DNA of 64,000 bases from Tubulanus polymorphus (GCF_964204645.1 NW_027437439.1:1-64000), one strand, 5' to 3'. Counted from the first letter of the stretch, positions 35,186 through 49,896 are shown. Numbers and translations: made by a program. Notes: generated from the sequence alone by a model not told the origin.

Positions 35186-38100
35186 ATTATTATTATTATT
35201 ATAATGAAAACAACGACAACGGCAACGGCAGCGGCAGTGACAACGACAGCGACAGCGGCAACAACAACAATTTAATGATAATAATTATAATAATTCAATA
35301 TTATCATTCAATAGGGTGTTCTGCGATAAAACCCTAATAAAACCAGTTCATTGCAAAACAACGTTACTATATTCGATATCGGATAATCGATTTCGATTCG
35401 CTTTAATGAATATAATAGATGGCTTGAACGTACGATGTATCGGTACACGAAGTTTCGCATCACCTGTTTTCGTTTGAAATGGAGAATAAGCTATAACAGG
35501 AGTATCTGTTCTTTTATCGTAACTACATTCTCCCAACACAGGCTTCGGATCTTGAACTGCCATCCATAACTGATCTGCTGGGCATCCACCGTAATTCGAA
35601 TTGACAAAAAATCTGCGGCGTAAATTGCCAGACGAGCTGAATTGTGAAAAATAGAAAACAAATAATTGATCCTCATACAGCAGACTTCGTCCCACTCGGT
35701 ACCGGTTGACTTGGTGAACCGGCTGCATTAGCGCATATCCATAAAGGTTTTTTTATGCCAATGCATTCATATACTACATTTATTCCCTACTCGGTAGTGC
35801 GATAATCAGTAGATTTTATGCCCACTCGGTATATTCGAAGCAGACCGTGAGTTGATAGCAATTAAGAAGTCCATTCCTGTTGAACACCAGTTTGCCAATC
35901 TCTATGGTACGGAAGCCCCTAGGTGACATACGAGAAATTTTTTTCACAATTTCGACTTATTAAGTCGAATTTCGACATAATAAGTCGAATTTCGTGTTAA
36001 TTAAGTCGAATTTCGAGTTTTATTTTCATGTCGAATTTCGACTTATTAAGTCGAAATTCGAGTTAATTAACACGAAATTCGACTTACTATGTCGAAATTC
36101 GACTTAACAAGTCGAAATAATGAAAAAAATTATCTCATATGTCACCTAGGCGCTTCCGTACTATGGTGTTAGAAATTGCCCATTATTAAATTTGATGGTG
36201 TTATATATTGAATTCAATCTGTATATTTTCACAGTTAAGTGCTTGTTTCGTTAGTTTCGCTAGCCATTCGATAAAGCAGCGATTCTGCTGATATGTTGAA
36301 ATGCGTACTGTAAATGAACTCCCATGATCAGAAAATGATAAAATTTTCATTCATTTTTCTTAGTCCATGAGAAAAACTGTTCCCGTTTCGTACAGTCTGT
36401 TCCCCTAACGTCATCATGTTCTTCTCGTATTCATTTACCTTCTGGCAAATTACCCAGAGTAGAATGATGATGTCCGTGAACAAATATTGTCAGCCTATTT
36501 TCGCTGCACTGCGTATGTACGGACACTCTCTCGAGCTCCACCCGCGGCTTACTGTTCCAATTACCCCATATATAACTATAAATCAATGAACCTATAATGC
36601 GTAATAAAACCGTAAACTCATATATTTAATGTTAGATGAACTTTATTGCGGACGTACGATTCCGAAAGTTCCCCGTTCTCTAAATCGGTATTTGGTAAAA
36701 CCGGTAAAAAATTATCGGTCCAATTAGAATCGAGTTAGGCGAAATCTACAATACGCACATTTTATTCACTTATTTTCTTTCATATGAATTCAAAGCGGTT
36801 GGGCCAAATATATCTAGATACTGTCATAGCCCCTACGAGGAAGTTATTACGTGCAAACCTCGTTACAACGAAGTTCTGGGGCAAAATAAAAACTTCGTTG
36901 TATCCGACACTTCGTTGTAAAGCATTCTTTAAAAATCGTAGCTTAAACTAAAATGCTTATATCTGGTGAAACGAGCTTTTCATAACTTAAAAACACAGGT
37001 TCTAAGGTACCGTGACTTTTATGCCGGACCATTTAAAAGATCTCGTGCAATGTAGTTATCACTGAACGCGTCACGATACGACCCACACATTTCCTACCAT
37101 AAGTCTTCATACATCCATTTTTTCGTATCTTTGTGAACCCTATGGAATATTTAAGTGGCCAAATCAATATGCATGCGTTTGTGAGGCGCCAAATATGAAC
37201 GGATAAGGCTTATGTATTATGTAACAACGTTGTCAGCTACTACGGGAGGTTCCGTATATAAACAATGCTTTCTACTAATGGGTTCGATTGATCAATATTT
37301 CTGCTTTGGCCTCGCAGAATAACGGTGTAACTGATGAAAATTGCTCTTGGGACACGAAATTTACTTTGTTTTATTGAAAAAAAACGATCTCATTAAAACG
37401 GATTGAGTTGAAGGGCATTTTTTGGCCGGTACACGAAAATCTATTCGTAAAAACCGATCCTTTGTTATAAACGAATCTCGTTGTAACGAGGTTTGACTGT
37501 ACGTAGATTTCGAGGACGACAAGAAGGCAAACTAAATATACGACAAGAAGGCAAACTAAATATATACTAAATCAATGTTCACAATTTACAAGAAAGGACA
37601 TCTAGAGTTTCCTTAAGATACGTATATTACAGAAATCCCCCCCCCCCTAAAAACCCACTTTGCGACGAACACTTACTCTCCTTCTATTGAAAAATAGTTT
37701 GTTGGCGAATCGCTTGTTAAGTCAGTCCATGTTGACGAGAGCAGTCGACTTTTTGAAAACCAGTTAATCGCATCAGATCCAGCGCCATCGAATTCTAGGA
37801 ATGCAACCTCGTGGCCGGCGGTATAAAGACTGAGTTTTATCTACGTAAACGATTGAACGATTGAATTAATTGAATGAGGGGAAGTATTTAGTTTTAAAGT
37901 AAATGGCGATGCGTAGTTTGTGTATTTTTGTTTACAGTTTTACCTATCAAGGTCATGAAATCATGAAATATATCCGATTACAAAATAACGCCAAAATACC
38001 CGTAGTTACGTATTTTGATACAACAGTTTTGATGTCAGACAGCGATGCTCCAATAACACATAATAGTTATCAATGTGAAAACGGTTGTGGAAAATTGTTA

Positions 38101-41100
38101 AACTTTTGTTAACTCGAACAAAACCCGTTGACAACTGGTCACATCAGTTGGTCAATGTGAGATCCTTGTAGCACTGTGTTTGAACTTTCCAAATTTAACA
38201 TTCCACTGCGTGAGCTCCGTGTATTATGAACGTGCTTCTACTATACTTATTCTGGAGAAATAAGTTTTGATATGCTGTGGAAAATGAGTTCATATTTGAT
38301 GGTTACAAGGATGGGTTAATTCCACGTGCTTCAAAAGAAATATTCCGCGACATTATCGAAACGGGTTTGACGCGTAAAAGGATCCAATCCGCGTCATTCA
38401 GATGACTAGTTCGTGGTAACGGAAGTGAAACTAAATACATGACGTTGACGGATAAAACGTTGTAGATGATAAAATGTGCCATACCTTTTTAAAACCTAAT
38501 GTGCTCCACTTCGTAATGATTGGACTTTTCCAAATACAGTTACATCTATGTTTAACGCCCCCTGGCGGTGGCTCTTCCGTAGATGGCGCACCTATCCACC
38601 CATCATAAATACTACCGGGGGATGAATCGCTTTCTCCAGAGCTAGCTATGAACAACAGAACCCACGCGTCTGAAAAAGAGGAAGTATGTCTATTTCACTA
38701 TTTCCCCAAGTCTCGGAAATGGCTGGTGGTCACATTTGAGAGCCCAGAGCTCAGTTTCATCAGGGGCGCTGACTATATCTTCTATCCGTTCGCCGCATGT
38801 TTATGACTATTTGCACTGCCGGCATCCTAAGACACTTTCTGCTGTACATACTTTTCCAGGATATGATGAAAGGGCAAAAGGAAAATACCGGGTAAATGAT
38901 AAACAAAAAAGTAATTATCGTTTAAAAATGGAAGGAACGGATAAAACATAAAGATACGTAGATGTTGTTTTCATTATTTGTGTATTTTCCGCATTATATT
39001 TGAAAAACTGCGGGAAATTAGGAGTAAAATTGTAATTCTAATGAAGGGTCTAAGGGTCAAGACTACAATATTAGGTGAAAATGTAGAGAATTGCTGTTAG
39101 TCCACACGCAAAAGATCAAAACATGAATCAGAAGTTAGCGAGGTTAAGTCTAATTCCTTCGCATAGATACGACCCGCAAATAAAAATCAGCAAAACAAAA
39201 AAACCATAAATAGATGGCTAGCGCTAATTAGGAAACTTGCAAGCATGTCATTCGACTTAAGATCATCAATGGCTCCATCCTGGAATTACATTGTCTATTT
39301 GTATTGATTTTATTTAAGATGGCTATGATTTCCAATATAGTACATAGTAATGTGATCACTTGGGAAGTTGCGACTGATTGATCAGGGTTTTGCTAATAGA
39401 TCTTTGACGAGAAATATCGTGCGCAAATTATACTAATTGTGGCTCATTGACCATTTAAATCATAGCAACGTTACATTTTTAAACTAAACGACAACTGAAC
39501 GACGGCTATATAAATCATTCGGAAGTGACTTTTTTGTTTAAAAAAAATCTCTCTGTTCATCAATTATGTACGTAAGCTACTATGCAGTGGATAGTCATTA
39601 TTTGTCATTTTTATTAAATGAATATCTATTTAACGTTGGTATGGCCTTGAGCACACTGGGCTAAACAGGAATTATTAAACGCGCAAAACAAAAACCAAGA
39701 TGCCCTCCATAGGAATTTTGGCAATTTGAGCCTGCTCGTCTTATAATACATATTTGGCAATTGATTCGTTACATCGAGGGCATTTTAGCAATTAGAAAAT
39801 AATATCTAAACATTGTTAATCTGCCTTTTCAGGATGTTTAAAACTATTTTTGGCATTGAATGTGACCATTTTTAAAAATGTCAGATATATGCCCATATTG
39901 TAAACCTGGATTCAATACTTTTAATGCACTAGGCTACTGAAAGTGCTCTTTTCAAGTAGACTGAGTGTGGTGTGGTGTAGTGTACGGTATATGCGACGAC
40001 ACTTTTTATGAGGGCCCTGGTTACAATTTTTTGAAACGTTGATGTCACAGTTAATACCAACGTTTCTATTCTCAATCGTCACGTCTTAGGGGCTAACCCG
40101 GTTACACCATCCGGAGAGGCAGTGGATAATTTTCACCGGAGAAATTATGGAAAATTATAGTGATTGTGGTATCAGTTTAAGCTTGGAGTAATCATTGAAT
40201 GATTACTCCAAGGTTTAAGCCAATGAAAATTTATTCGAAAATCTAATGCGAAGACACGAAACGTCACAACAGCACTTCTACACTTTCAACACTGTAATTC
40301 CGTAGAATTACCGATTACCGCTTTTGAATGCCAATGATACATCCTGGAATGATTTCATTAATCTTTACATAGCCTGCGGTTAACTTATAAGATACCGCAG
40401 TGTAAATTAGCGTTATGCCCCAATAGTGGCGAAATAGCCCCACTTTTCTGACACTTGAACATACCACTCGCACTAAGAAACTGATATCGATTGACTATGG
40501 AAGTAAAGAAAGAAGGATGGACCCTGCCACCACAAGTCACTTCATCAAAGAAGGATGGAGGCTGCCACCACAAGTCACTTCATCAAAGAAGGATGGAGGC
40601 TGCCACCACAAGTCACTTCATCAAAGAAGGATGGAGGCTGCCACCACAAGCCACTTCTTAAAATCATCTCAAAAGAACAACCTGTACTGATTACTATGGT
40701 AATATGCTGGACCCAGTTCCACAGTTGTGAGTTAGAGTTGACTCAGAGTTAAAGTTAGTTCATTTTCAATGAGTTAACTCAGGGTCAAATCTTAACTCAG
40801 AACTGTGGAACTGGACCCTGGATTATCTGACGATGAACAATGTTGCTAAAAAATTGTTAGTTTACTCGAATCAATCTCAGTAGCAATTAATTATTTAGCA
40901 GATGGCGACATCGATTTTTTCAACGCGTGTCAAAACGCCGTGTGAACGCTCACCAAAATTTGGTCCGGTCTAAATTTGGACCGGACCAGGTACGGACCCA
41001 TTTAGACCGGTCTAACTAGTTGTCGTGTGAACGCGGCTTATGTTTGCATTTTAACGGATACCAACGCAAACAGCCATCGATTCTAGTCAAGGGAATAGTA

Positions 41101-42231
41101 ACCGTTTGGTCGGCGCTACTCTGCTCGTGAATGTAAAACAAAGAAATATGTGAACCGCAGCGTATATAATTGACAGCAGCGTATGCATGACAGGACACAA
41201 AATAAATATCCCTCTTCTCCCATGAGAGAGACAGAAAGAGAGAGGAGAGAGGGGGAGAGGGAGAGAGGGAGAGAGGGAGAGAGGGAGAGAGGGAGAGAGG
41301 GAGAGAGGGAGTGAGGGAGATAGGGAGAGAGGGAGAGAGGGAGAGAGGGAGAGAGAGAGATAGGGAGAGAGGGAGAGAGGGAGAGAGGGAGAGAGGGAGG
41401 GAGGGAGGGAGGGAGGGGAGGGAGGGGGAGGGAGGGAGGGAGGGAGAGGGAGAGGGAGAGGGAGAGGGAGAGGAAGAGGGAGAGGGAGAGAGAGAGTGTT
41501 GACTGAAACCATTGATGGTATTCAACGATTAAGCTACGCCTATTGGATTGTCCTCCTAGTCACACTGTAACTGCCTTAATCTCTGAACAGCAACTTTCCT
41601 CTATGTGAAAAGGTGATACTATCATTTAAAGCTGTCTCATTTAAAACTGTTTGATGCTGTCTAAATTTCTGATTTTAAACTACTACAATCCACAATCCAT
41701 ATATTTCATTTAGATTTACACCACATACAGTTATCATCTACCGGACGGACAGCCAAGCGAGAAATATTGTCTCACATAGCATTACAATTGCGACGTTGAA
41801 AGACCGTTGCCGCATCAACAAAATTTAGAACATGTGTCCAAGTCATAGAGATTTCGTTTAAAAAAAAAATAACGGTACGTTGGCTACAAAATCCACCACT
41901 GACAAGACTCCTTACCGGTCATGAACATCTCTTCAGCAGGGACCCTCGGAATATCCAGATCGTATAACACGAGAACATCAGAATAGTGTCTGAATGGAAT
42001 CCCGCAAATTCTATTTTTGGAGTTGTAAGTCATGTAGTTACAAGTTTGATACCGCGTTGAACAAAGTATCGCGCATCCCAATAACGACAGGTCAGCATGT
42101 TGATGTCGTTGATGTTCTGTCACGGCACCCATTTCGGTAGAAAGTTTGAGCGTCGATTCGATATATTTATACGCCTCACTTCTGTCGACGCAATAAACGC
42201 ACAATATAATGGTAAAACACGCGTATTGCAT
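34630..42231 (-). CDS. Secreted protein: signal peptide + PAN/apple-like module + uncharacterised C-terminal domain, 5 exons, 296 aa
   Basis: Exons 42231-41916, 38669-38485, 37840-37677, 35636-35464, 34682-34630 join GT-AG in phases 1,0,2,1 into 891 nt ending TAG. Features: hydrophobic N-terminus, SLLGCAILC...CNYMTYN...C (PAN-like), then AWVLLF...WFSKSRLLSSTWTDL...YFSIEG...RRFFVNSNYGGCPAD...AEQMVIYARL. The exon-4 donor (ag/gtgatg) is the least certain junction. Confidence 0.8.
35908..36160. mobile_element. Palindromic MITE with 6-bp TSD and internal 21-bp repeats
   Basis: CTATGG-TACGGAAGC.CCTAGGTGACATA ... TATGTCACCTAGG.GCTTCCGTA-CTATGG. Interior made of TTTCGACTTATTAAGTCGAA-type units. Confidence 0.85.
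36850..37499. mobile_element. Tc1/mariner (pogo/Tigger-like) non-autonomous element
   Basis: TA flanks; TIR CAGTCAAACCTCGTTACAACGA (right intact, left degenerate). Confidence 0.72.
40509..40657 (+). repeat. 38-bp tandem repeat (~3.8 units)
   Basis: AAAGAAGGATGGAGGCTGCCACCACAAGTCACTTCATC. Confidence 0.88.
40710..40817. mobile_element. PIF/Harbinger-like MITE family C
   Basis: TIR core CCAGTTCCACAGTT; CTG on both sides. Degenerate inverted copy at ~4150-4260. Confidence 0.75.
41224..41496 (+). repeat. Polypurine GA-rich microsatellite
   Basis: (GGGAGAGA)n/(GGGA)n/(GGGAGA)n mixture. Confidence 0.92.
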
Positions 42232-45200
42232 CGTTGCAATTTTGTAATTTGTTGGACCGGATCGAGTGAGCATTTTACTTCAAAATGATATCTTGCGCGC
42301 ACGATACGGCCATCTGTACTAGTACATTTCGTCAGCGTGTGTTATTTGCTTATGGTCGCGCTGTGGTCGCTTCGAGCGTTCGCTGCTACTAGACATTCGA
42401 GCAAAACATTAAATGTTCTATTTCCTGATTCGGTGATAAATACAGATGAACATTCGAATGAGATCGATGAGACCGGACTGATAAGTAAAGACCATCATTG
42501 AAATGACGATTTATAATTATCAATATCATTATCAATATCATCATAATAATTTATTTCGTCCTCAAAATGCTATAACACTTACCTACAAACACGGTATGTT
42601 TTATCGCGATAAATATTACGATGATACAATGAGGAATCGATGACAGGAACCGGTGCCATTAACGCCGTGCGTCCACATTTACCCGCCGTGATACTGGTAC
42701 GATTTTAAATCAATGAGTGAGCGAATCATCTAGTGCATATTACATATATTTTTTAAACGTAACGCTATGCTCATATTAAATGCTCATCTTGCGGGGGACT
42801 CGGTTTAAAAGTGATGCAATTTTATGTTAAGCGTCAATGTCTTACTGCGGTTTTCTCCGGGCAGGACCGATGTCCTCATATCGTGTTGCAAGAAAAATTT
42901 GATCAATGTGTGCCTTATAAGTATGGTGCCAGATTCTGAAAATATTCAGAAAAATGCTCCGACAAACAATTTTGGTTTTGTCACCCGCGACAAATCAATA
43001 TTTTGGTGTTTTGCTTGCAGCAAATCAATATTTTGGTTTTGTCGCGTTATTTTCATATTTATATAAATGAGTGTATTTCATTATGTCGCCCTCGTTTGCA
43101 TATTCGTGACTTTTTTATAGCCCGATCAGCCACCATAGTGATACCATGCAAAGAAATAGCCTCCCTTCTTATCAGCCCTTATTGGAAACGTGATGAGGGC
43201 GGCAGGTCTTCATTTTAACTTCCTTTTTATAAAAGAGCACTTCGCTACCGAAATACTCCCCTGCCACAGTAACACTCGGGTAGCGACCGTGTGAAGAAAA
43301 ACATGAACACGTGTAATATGGTGTATCTAGATGCGTGTGGGAAGGTTTTACTTGAAAAGAGAAGCGAAAACAGATTTCAGCGAGTGGGATGCGCATTTTC
43401 ATTTCTATTTCTTTACCAACGAACATTTTTGACGCGCGCGCGGAAAATGAAACTGATTAGAAACAAGGCGATTTTATTTTTTGCGTGGCCTTACATAATT
43501 TCTGCTGCACAAAAACACTGTCATTTTAATATTGATAAATAACTGATCAGTTGAAATCCATGATTCTTCGATAGCATTGATAGATGCCAATAGTTCGTTA
43601 ATAAGTGTAGCTGCATGTCTAGAATGCGCGGCGGTTGTGCGAAATTAAATGTATTATTTGAATACAACCTGATATGATATTTGAAACTTGATTTTGTTCA
43701 TTTTTTTGTACATCCTCGAAATTGCTTATCATAACAGTATCATGTGTTTTACCGTCGTAGGATTACCGTATTGGCTTTAGTAGTAGCAGTTGTTTGTTAA
43801 TCATATTGGCTTTGACTTATTTCCTACTTTTATATATCTTATATATGAATTAATTATAATTTTTTATCGTTTAGAAATACTCAAATTAAAACTATAGCAG
43901 TAGCATGTTGGTAACCGAGGACACGTTCTCAAATTAGGTCAAGACGATTATTTCATGAGAAACTCCGAAAATTAAAGGGGTACGCTAATTAATGGACGTA
44001 TCGGCCCCACTCCGCGCGGTTGCGCCACCGCGCGGTATTTACGCGAAGCAGCAGAACACAAACATGGCCACTCTCCCAATTTTCAATGATAGAAATCGTG
44101 TGTGCATTTCAATTATTTCGGCTGTTAGGGTTTTAAGGCACGATATAAGTTGGTGATGTGATATGGCGATGTTAATTAATGATAATTCCGCAGTGAAGCT
44201 AGTCACGAACGGTGCCGATTGAGTGTACAGCTGCCAAAAACACTGAAATGTGCGTAGTTGCGTAACTATTTGCAGTGAATTGCAGACGAAACATGAAGCC
44301 TTAACGGCCGTTTAAAAAAAAAATTATACCAATCGCAATTGTAAAATAAAAATGAGATAGAACCTAAGTTAAAATTCTGGCCATTTCTAAAATGTTATTA
44401 CTAATTTCTAGTCAGTGCGGTACGTTTAGTTTTCGAACAATAATGAGGGGTGGTAGGTAGTCATGCAATTCAAGTCATCATTTATTACACGTTAATTCCG
44501 TGTTGTTGAAAATCTCGCGAGTCCTGGACCAAACCCCAATGAATCTGTGATCTGTGTGCTGGCCACAAATGCACACAGATCACACTACACTACCCATTAC
44601 ACACTCCAGTACCCACAGCTTTCATATATCAATCCAAATATTTAGTGTCTTTCTTCCTGGATAACTTTTTATTGCGACAGCAAGTCTGAGTTCACTTCAA
44701 TTTACATTGTTTCCATTGATAAAGGAATGATTAGTTAGTATATTGAAAGAGATTATTATAGTTTGTTATTATTACCGATAAACCTAACTTAGAGAACAAA
44801 CCTCACAACTCAATGTAATGAATGGCTAAATAATGATTTGAGTGTTTTTTGGTACCTGAAAATAGATTTTCGTTAATTTGTCGCTAATCTTATTATTCTT
44901 ATAGCAGTTGAATGATAAACCACTTTTTGTACTGGGGAATAAAAGACTAAAGGATACATTGAATGTTATGAATCATATAACCGCATTGCGTCTTAAAAAT
45001 CGACCCTACTTCATGAATATGCATGTCAGAGACGTCGAAAACTATATGTTTGTTAGTTTCGGGCTGAATTTATAGAACAATAATTAAACATGGGTAAAAA
45101 ACAAAAACAACAACAAAAGTGGTGAAATATTGATGTAACACCTTTTTACGCCAGTGGAGAAATAATTCGAATGCTTAAACTGTTCAGTAACGTGCATTTC

Positions 45201-47059
45201 AGGCGAATTGGGTATGCGATCGAAAGTTGCCTCGACTAAACAAATTTTGGACTTCAATATGAGATGAATACTTGCCCGGGCGTGCCTAGATAGCAAATAT
45301 AAATACAACAACTGTGGACCTGAGACTGAAGAGACGAGAACTTACTTTGACCGTCCGCAGTATCGACAAGATAATACGGTTTAGCGGCGAGTGGATTAAC
45401 TGCTTAATAGACTAAGTATACCATTTGTACATAGTTTGAATCGACCGCTGCGTGAGCAATCGCTATAGTTTGAATCAGTGAGACTCCATTTTCTGAATAA
45501 TTTATGTTTGATAATATGCTTTCATGCCTTCAGTTCATATTAGTTCATTTCCATATTGATGATAAATAATTTAAACGAATTTTCGATGATTCGGTTATTT
45601 CATTTAGGGAACTTCAATTACAATAACTCGCGGAAGGGGGTGGGGGTTAAGGCCTCCCACGGATTCATCACGACTGCCGAACTATCGATTTATTGCGGTG
45701 CGAGATAACATTGAATTGAATTGAAGTTTCAAATATATATAATGCAAGCAGTAGATTTAACCTGTCTCTCTTTTAGATGCTGTTGATATTTTAGATATAT
45801 TTGATTTTGTTTATAATAATTGTTTAATAGGTTTTTTACTTGTTATTGTGCTGTTCTATTTTTCAATTATAAGTTGTGATCGAAATACACACGTGAGAAT
45901 GTCTTATCCGTGTCTGTGGTCTCGCATTAGAAAATCAATAGTTCCAACTTTGGCATGTGTCTAATGAAAGGAGGTGGGGTGGGGGGGGGGGGGGGGTTAA
46001 AACGAATAAGACAGTTATTCTAATTGACGCAACTATTGACATTTTGAGATGCTCCCTTAATTTTCCCTGAGTTTGCATACACCACTCTCTATTTATTACG
46101 GTCCTGTAGTAGATATTCGAACTGATTATTCCTCGGTTGGTATATTCACTAGAATGCTCGTGTTACACTTGGGGCGAACCAAGATGGTAAAAACTACCAG
46201 CGAAAAAAGAATGAGAGATGTAAATTTTCGGTTAATATTATGAGCGATAAATTACCAAAATATCGGAGATTTCCACATTCGACACTAAAGTTACCGTCAA
46301 ATTCAACGCCTTAAACAATCAGGAAATCATCATCAATCGTGGCCTGTCGGCCAATGTATGTGTGCCCGCCCTACATAGAACCAATTGTGTGGGTTAATTC
46401 GACTCTGAACCCAGTTACATAGCTGTGTGGGTTGTAATTTTACTCACGATCCATTTTGTTATAAGTATTTAATACGACCGTGGATCCACTTCCACATTTG
46501 TATGGGTTTTGGAAAAAAAATCTAGTTCAACAGTTGTGATGGCTGAATTTGTTTCTAGAACCAATTCCACAGTTGTGCGGGTTTTATTTGATGTAGAACT
46601 GATGTTAGAATTTAATGATAAATTTAATGTTGTAGAATTTAACTTATGAACAATATTAACTTTATTTGTATTTTTAGTATGACAACACGATATTACAGAA
46701 ACAGACAAGTTTGAACAGCGAAATCGTAGTTTACCCGCATAAAACTGGTGCGGTTAGATACGTCAGGATTTCCTACCCGGCCTGCAAGATAAATATCATG
46801 TATAAAGCATCGCACGGTACCGCATTCGTCGGTTTTGATGACGCCATGTATGCTAGAAATGTCGACGGTTTGTGCGGATCACGTGTCGGCGACAAGAACA
46901 ACGCATTCGTCGGTATTGATGACGCTATTAATTCATTTATAAAGTTAATGCAACAATGCGCTCTGGTGATATTATAAACATTGATATCGCCGACAATTCA
47001 ACTTGAATTATTGTCCATCCCATCGAAAGTGCGTAATTCTTACACAAAAATTAATCTAT

Positions 47060-49896
47060 ATTTTTTCAGGATCAATAGACACCAATACTTCAATACTTGC
47101 AGTATTGTAATATTGTATGGGGAAATAGCTACCCATAGCTTCATAGACTCAATTTGTTACTCAAAAGAGCGGCCCGTATGATACTCAATGCCCCGTTTCT
47201 AGCCCACACTCGCCCTCTTCTTAAACAGGGCAATATCTTAAACCTGGTAGATTTAAATAAATTGCATGTAGCATCATTTATGTATAAGCTCAAAATGGCC
47301 GGTTGACAGAAAACTTTAATTATATATATAACCCCCGCTCTTACCACCTAGATCGCCAACTACTCAATAATTAATAACTTATCACCTAAAAACAGCTGTG
47401 GCGGGGACGATAATTTAAGTAATAAGTTATTAAAACAAATTGTAATGAGCATTATTGGACCCCTCACTATTCTTTTCAATAAATCACTCCAGGAAGGCGT
47501 ATTTCCTGATAATATGAAAATAGCTAAAGTAACTCCCTTATTCAAAAATGGGAACAAAAAAATATTAACAAATTATCGACCTATATCATTACTCCCTGTT
47601 TTATCTAAGGTCCTTGAAAAACTTATCCACTCACGACTCTATAGTTTCCTAACAAAATATGGTATCCTAAATCCTAGCCAATATGGCTTTAGGCCATCGC
47701 ATTCTACAACGCATGCTATAACAGAATTTATAGGAAATCTAATTATAACTTTAGAAAAAAAACAGAAATCATTGGGTCTTTTTTAGATCTATCTAAAGCT
47801 TTTGATTCTATTAGTATTGATACTCTTTTAGTAAAACTAGATCATTATGGTATTAGAGGTCATGCCTACACTTGGTTTAAAAGTTATTTTAAAGATCGAA
47901 AAATTTTTACTAAATTTAATCAAACAAGTTCGAATCAGGATGATATATCGTATGGAATACCTCAAGGTTCGGTGCTAGGCCCTCTTCTTTTCCTGATTTA
48001 TGTAAATGATCTGAACACCAATTTAACCTTTACACAGGCGATTTCTTTTGCGGATGACACAAACCTGTGGATTACTAACAAAGACATTAATTGTCTGATC
48101 GAAGGCTTCAAAAAAGATGGTACGACTGTAATTGATTGGTTTCACTCTAATAAGTTAACTTTAAATATAGATAAAACTAAATGCATACTTTTTATGCCAA
48201 AGAAAGAAACAAAACAAAAGGAGAATATCAATATCCCTTTTGGATCTGAAGCGTTAAAACTATCTGTAATTTTTTAGGATAACAGATTGATGAAAACCTT
48301 ACCTGGGAGCCACATGTTAAACAACTAATTAACAAATTAAATAAAAGTCTCTATCTACTAAGGAGTGTAAAGAATATTCTACCTAGTTTGAGTAAAAAAC
48401 TTATTTACAATAGTTATATACATAGCCATCTTGTGTATGCCCTTATTGTATGGGGACCTATGCTAACAGTCAAACAATCTAACTCTATTTTCAAAATTCA
48501 AAAGAAAGCGGTTAGACTAATTAATAATTCAGCCTATAATGCACCAACAGGGCCAATATTTAAGAAATATAGTATATTGAAATTCCAAGACCTTATAGAA
48601 TTAGATCTACTGAAATTTGGATTCTGTCTTCTTCATAAATTGCTTCCACAGCGAGTACTAAACCTTTTCAACATAAATGCTGAATTCCACAATTACAATA
48701 CCCGTAGTCGCAATTTTACAAGAGCTCACTGTCACACGTCAAAACTTTTCCACTCCTCCTTTCTTGCGCAAGTCCCAATTGTCTGGCAAACCGCAAATAA
48801 TAACCAACATAATGCACCTAATTTATCTTGTCTTGTATCCCGATTTAAGAAATTGACTTTCAATAGTTATTCCTGATTATATAAATTATGTGTGGCACGA
48901 TACACTCTGTCATTATTTCTTGGTTTCATACCCCAAGTATTAATTATGTGTATGCTTAAACTACATGGTAAATCACCATTACTCCACTCAAATTAAATTA
49001 TTCGTATGAATATTTACCGTTTTACTATTATGTTAATATTACTTGGTGAGTACCATTATAAGCATCTTCATGTGTTACCAATTTTATACTTTGTTAAACA
49101 ATTGTCAATATATTATCATGATTGTCAATATATCATTATATTGACATTACCATGTGTTACTATTTTGTATAACATCTATTACTACTTATCATTCGCACTA
49201 CGATGTTACTATTACTATTATCATTCTCATTATGATTGTTATTTTCAATTTATTTATATTATTATGGATGAGTCCCATCATTATCATATGTTATATTATT
49301 GTAACTAATTCCATGATTTGTTAAATGATTACAATCATTTGTTAAACAATTATAATCAGCATAATATTATGTATAATTATTTATTTTGTATTTTTATTAT
49401 TTTGTTTTTTTATTATTATTATTACTGTTATTATTATTATTATTATTACTATTATTATTATTAACTACGAATTCGCATGGATTTATGTGGGCCATTTTGC
49501 CGCACAACTAAGCGATCATTTTCCATAAGTATATTTGGACCGAAACTGTGCAGAAATGATATTATTCCTATTATGAGAAACAAACCATCATTGAATTCAT
49601 TCAAATCTCATTATAAACGACACCTTCTAACATCTTATTGATAAGCCATTAAGCTATAATTGTACCCAAACTAATGATATTTTTTTCCATCAGTATCACA
49701 CTTGCAGATTCCCTCATCACCCACTGTATTTCGTAGCGAGTATCTACAACGATTTTGATGTTTTGCGTCGGGGATTCAATCAGACAAATCCCTTAGGATT
49801 TTTTTGAAATCCCCGACTGTCCTGCTTTATAATGTAAATTCATCCATGTAACAAAATTTGTACTTGCAGGACTGTCGAAATAAATGAAATGAAATA
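47060..49896 (+). mobile_element. Older LINE 3' fragment split by the 47364-49462 insertion
   Basis: Left part encodes QKRAARMILNAPFLAHTRPLLK...LHVASFMYK (typical post-RT region). Continues after 49463 (SFKSHYKRHLL*) and ends in AATAAA(TGAAA)n at ~49879-49896. Confidence 0.65.
47364..49462 (+). mobile_element. 5'-truncated CR1/L2-group LINE, reverse transcriptase with frameshifts
   Basis: IAKVTPLFK, NYRPISLLP, QYGFR, DLSKAFD, GIPQGSVLGPLLFLIYVNDL, FADDT, NKLTLNIDKTK across ORFs 47445, 47972, 48388. Long 3'UTR with (TTA)n tail. Flanked by AACTAC direct repeat (47358-63, 49463-68). Confidence 0.9.

Noticed and set aside
41016-41525. Pro/Ser/Leu-rich and Glu/Arg/Gly-rich ORFs
   Set aside because: Translations of the GA-rich microsatellite inside an intron.
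49006-49308. 100-aa Tyr/Ile-rich ORF
   Set aside because: Low-complexity AT-rich LINE 3'UTR.
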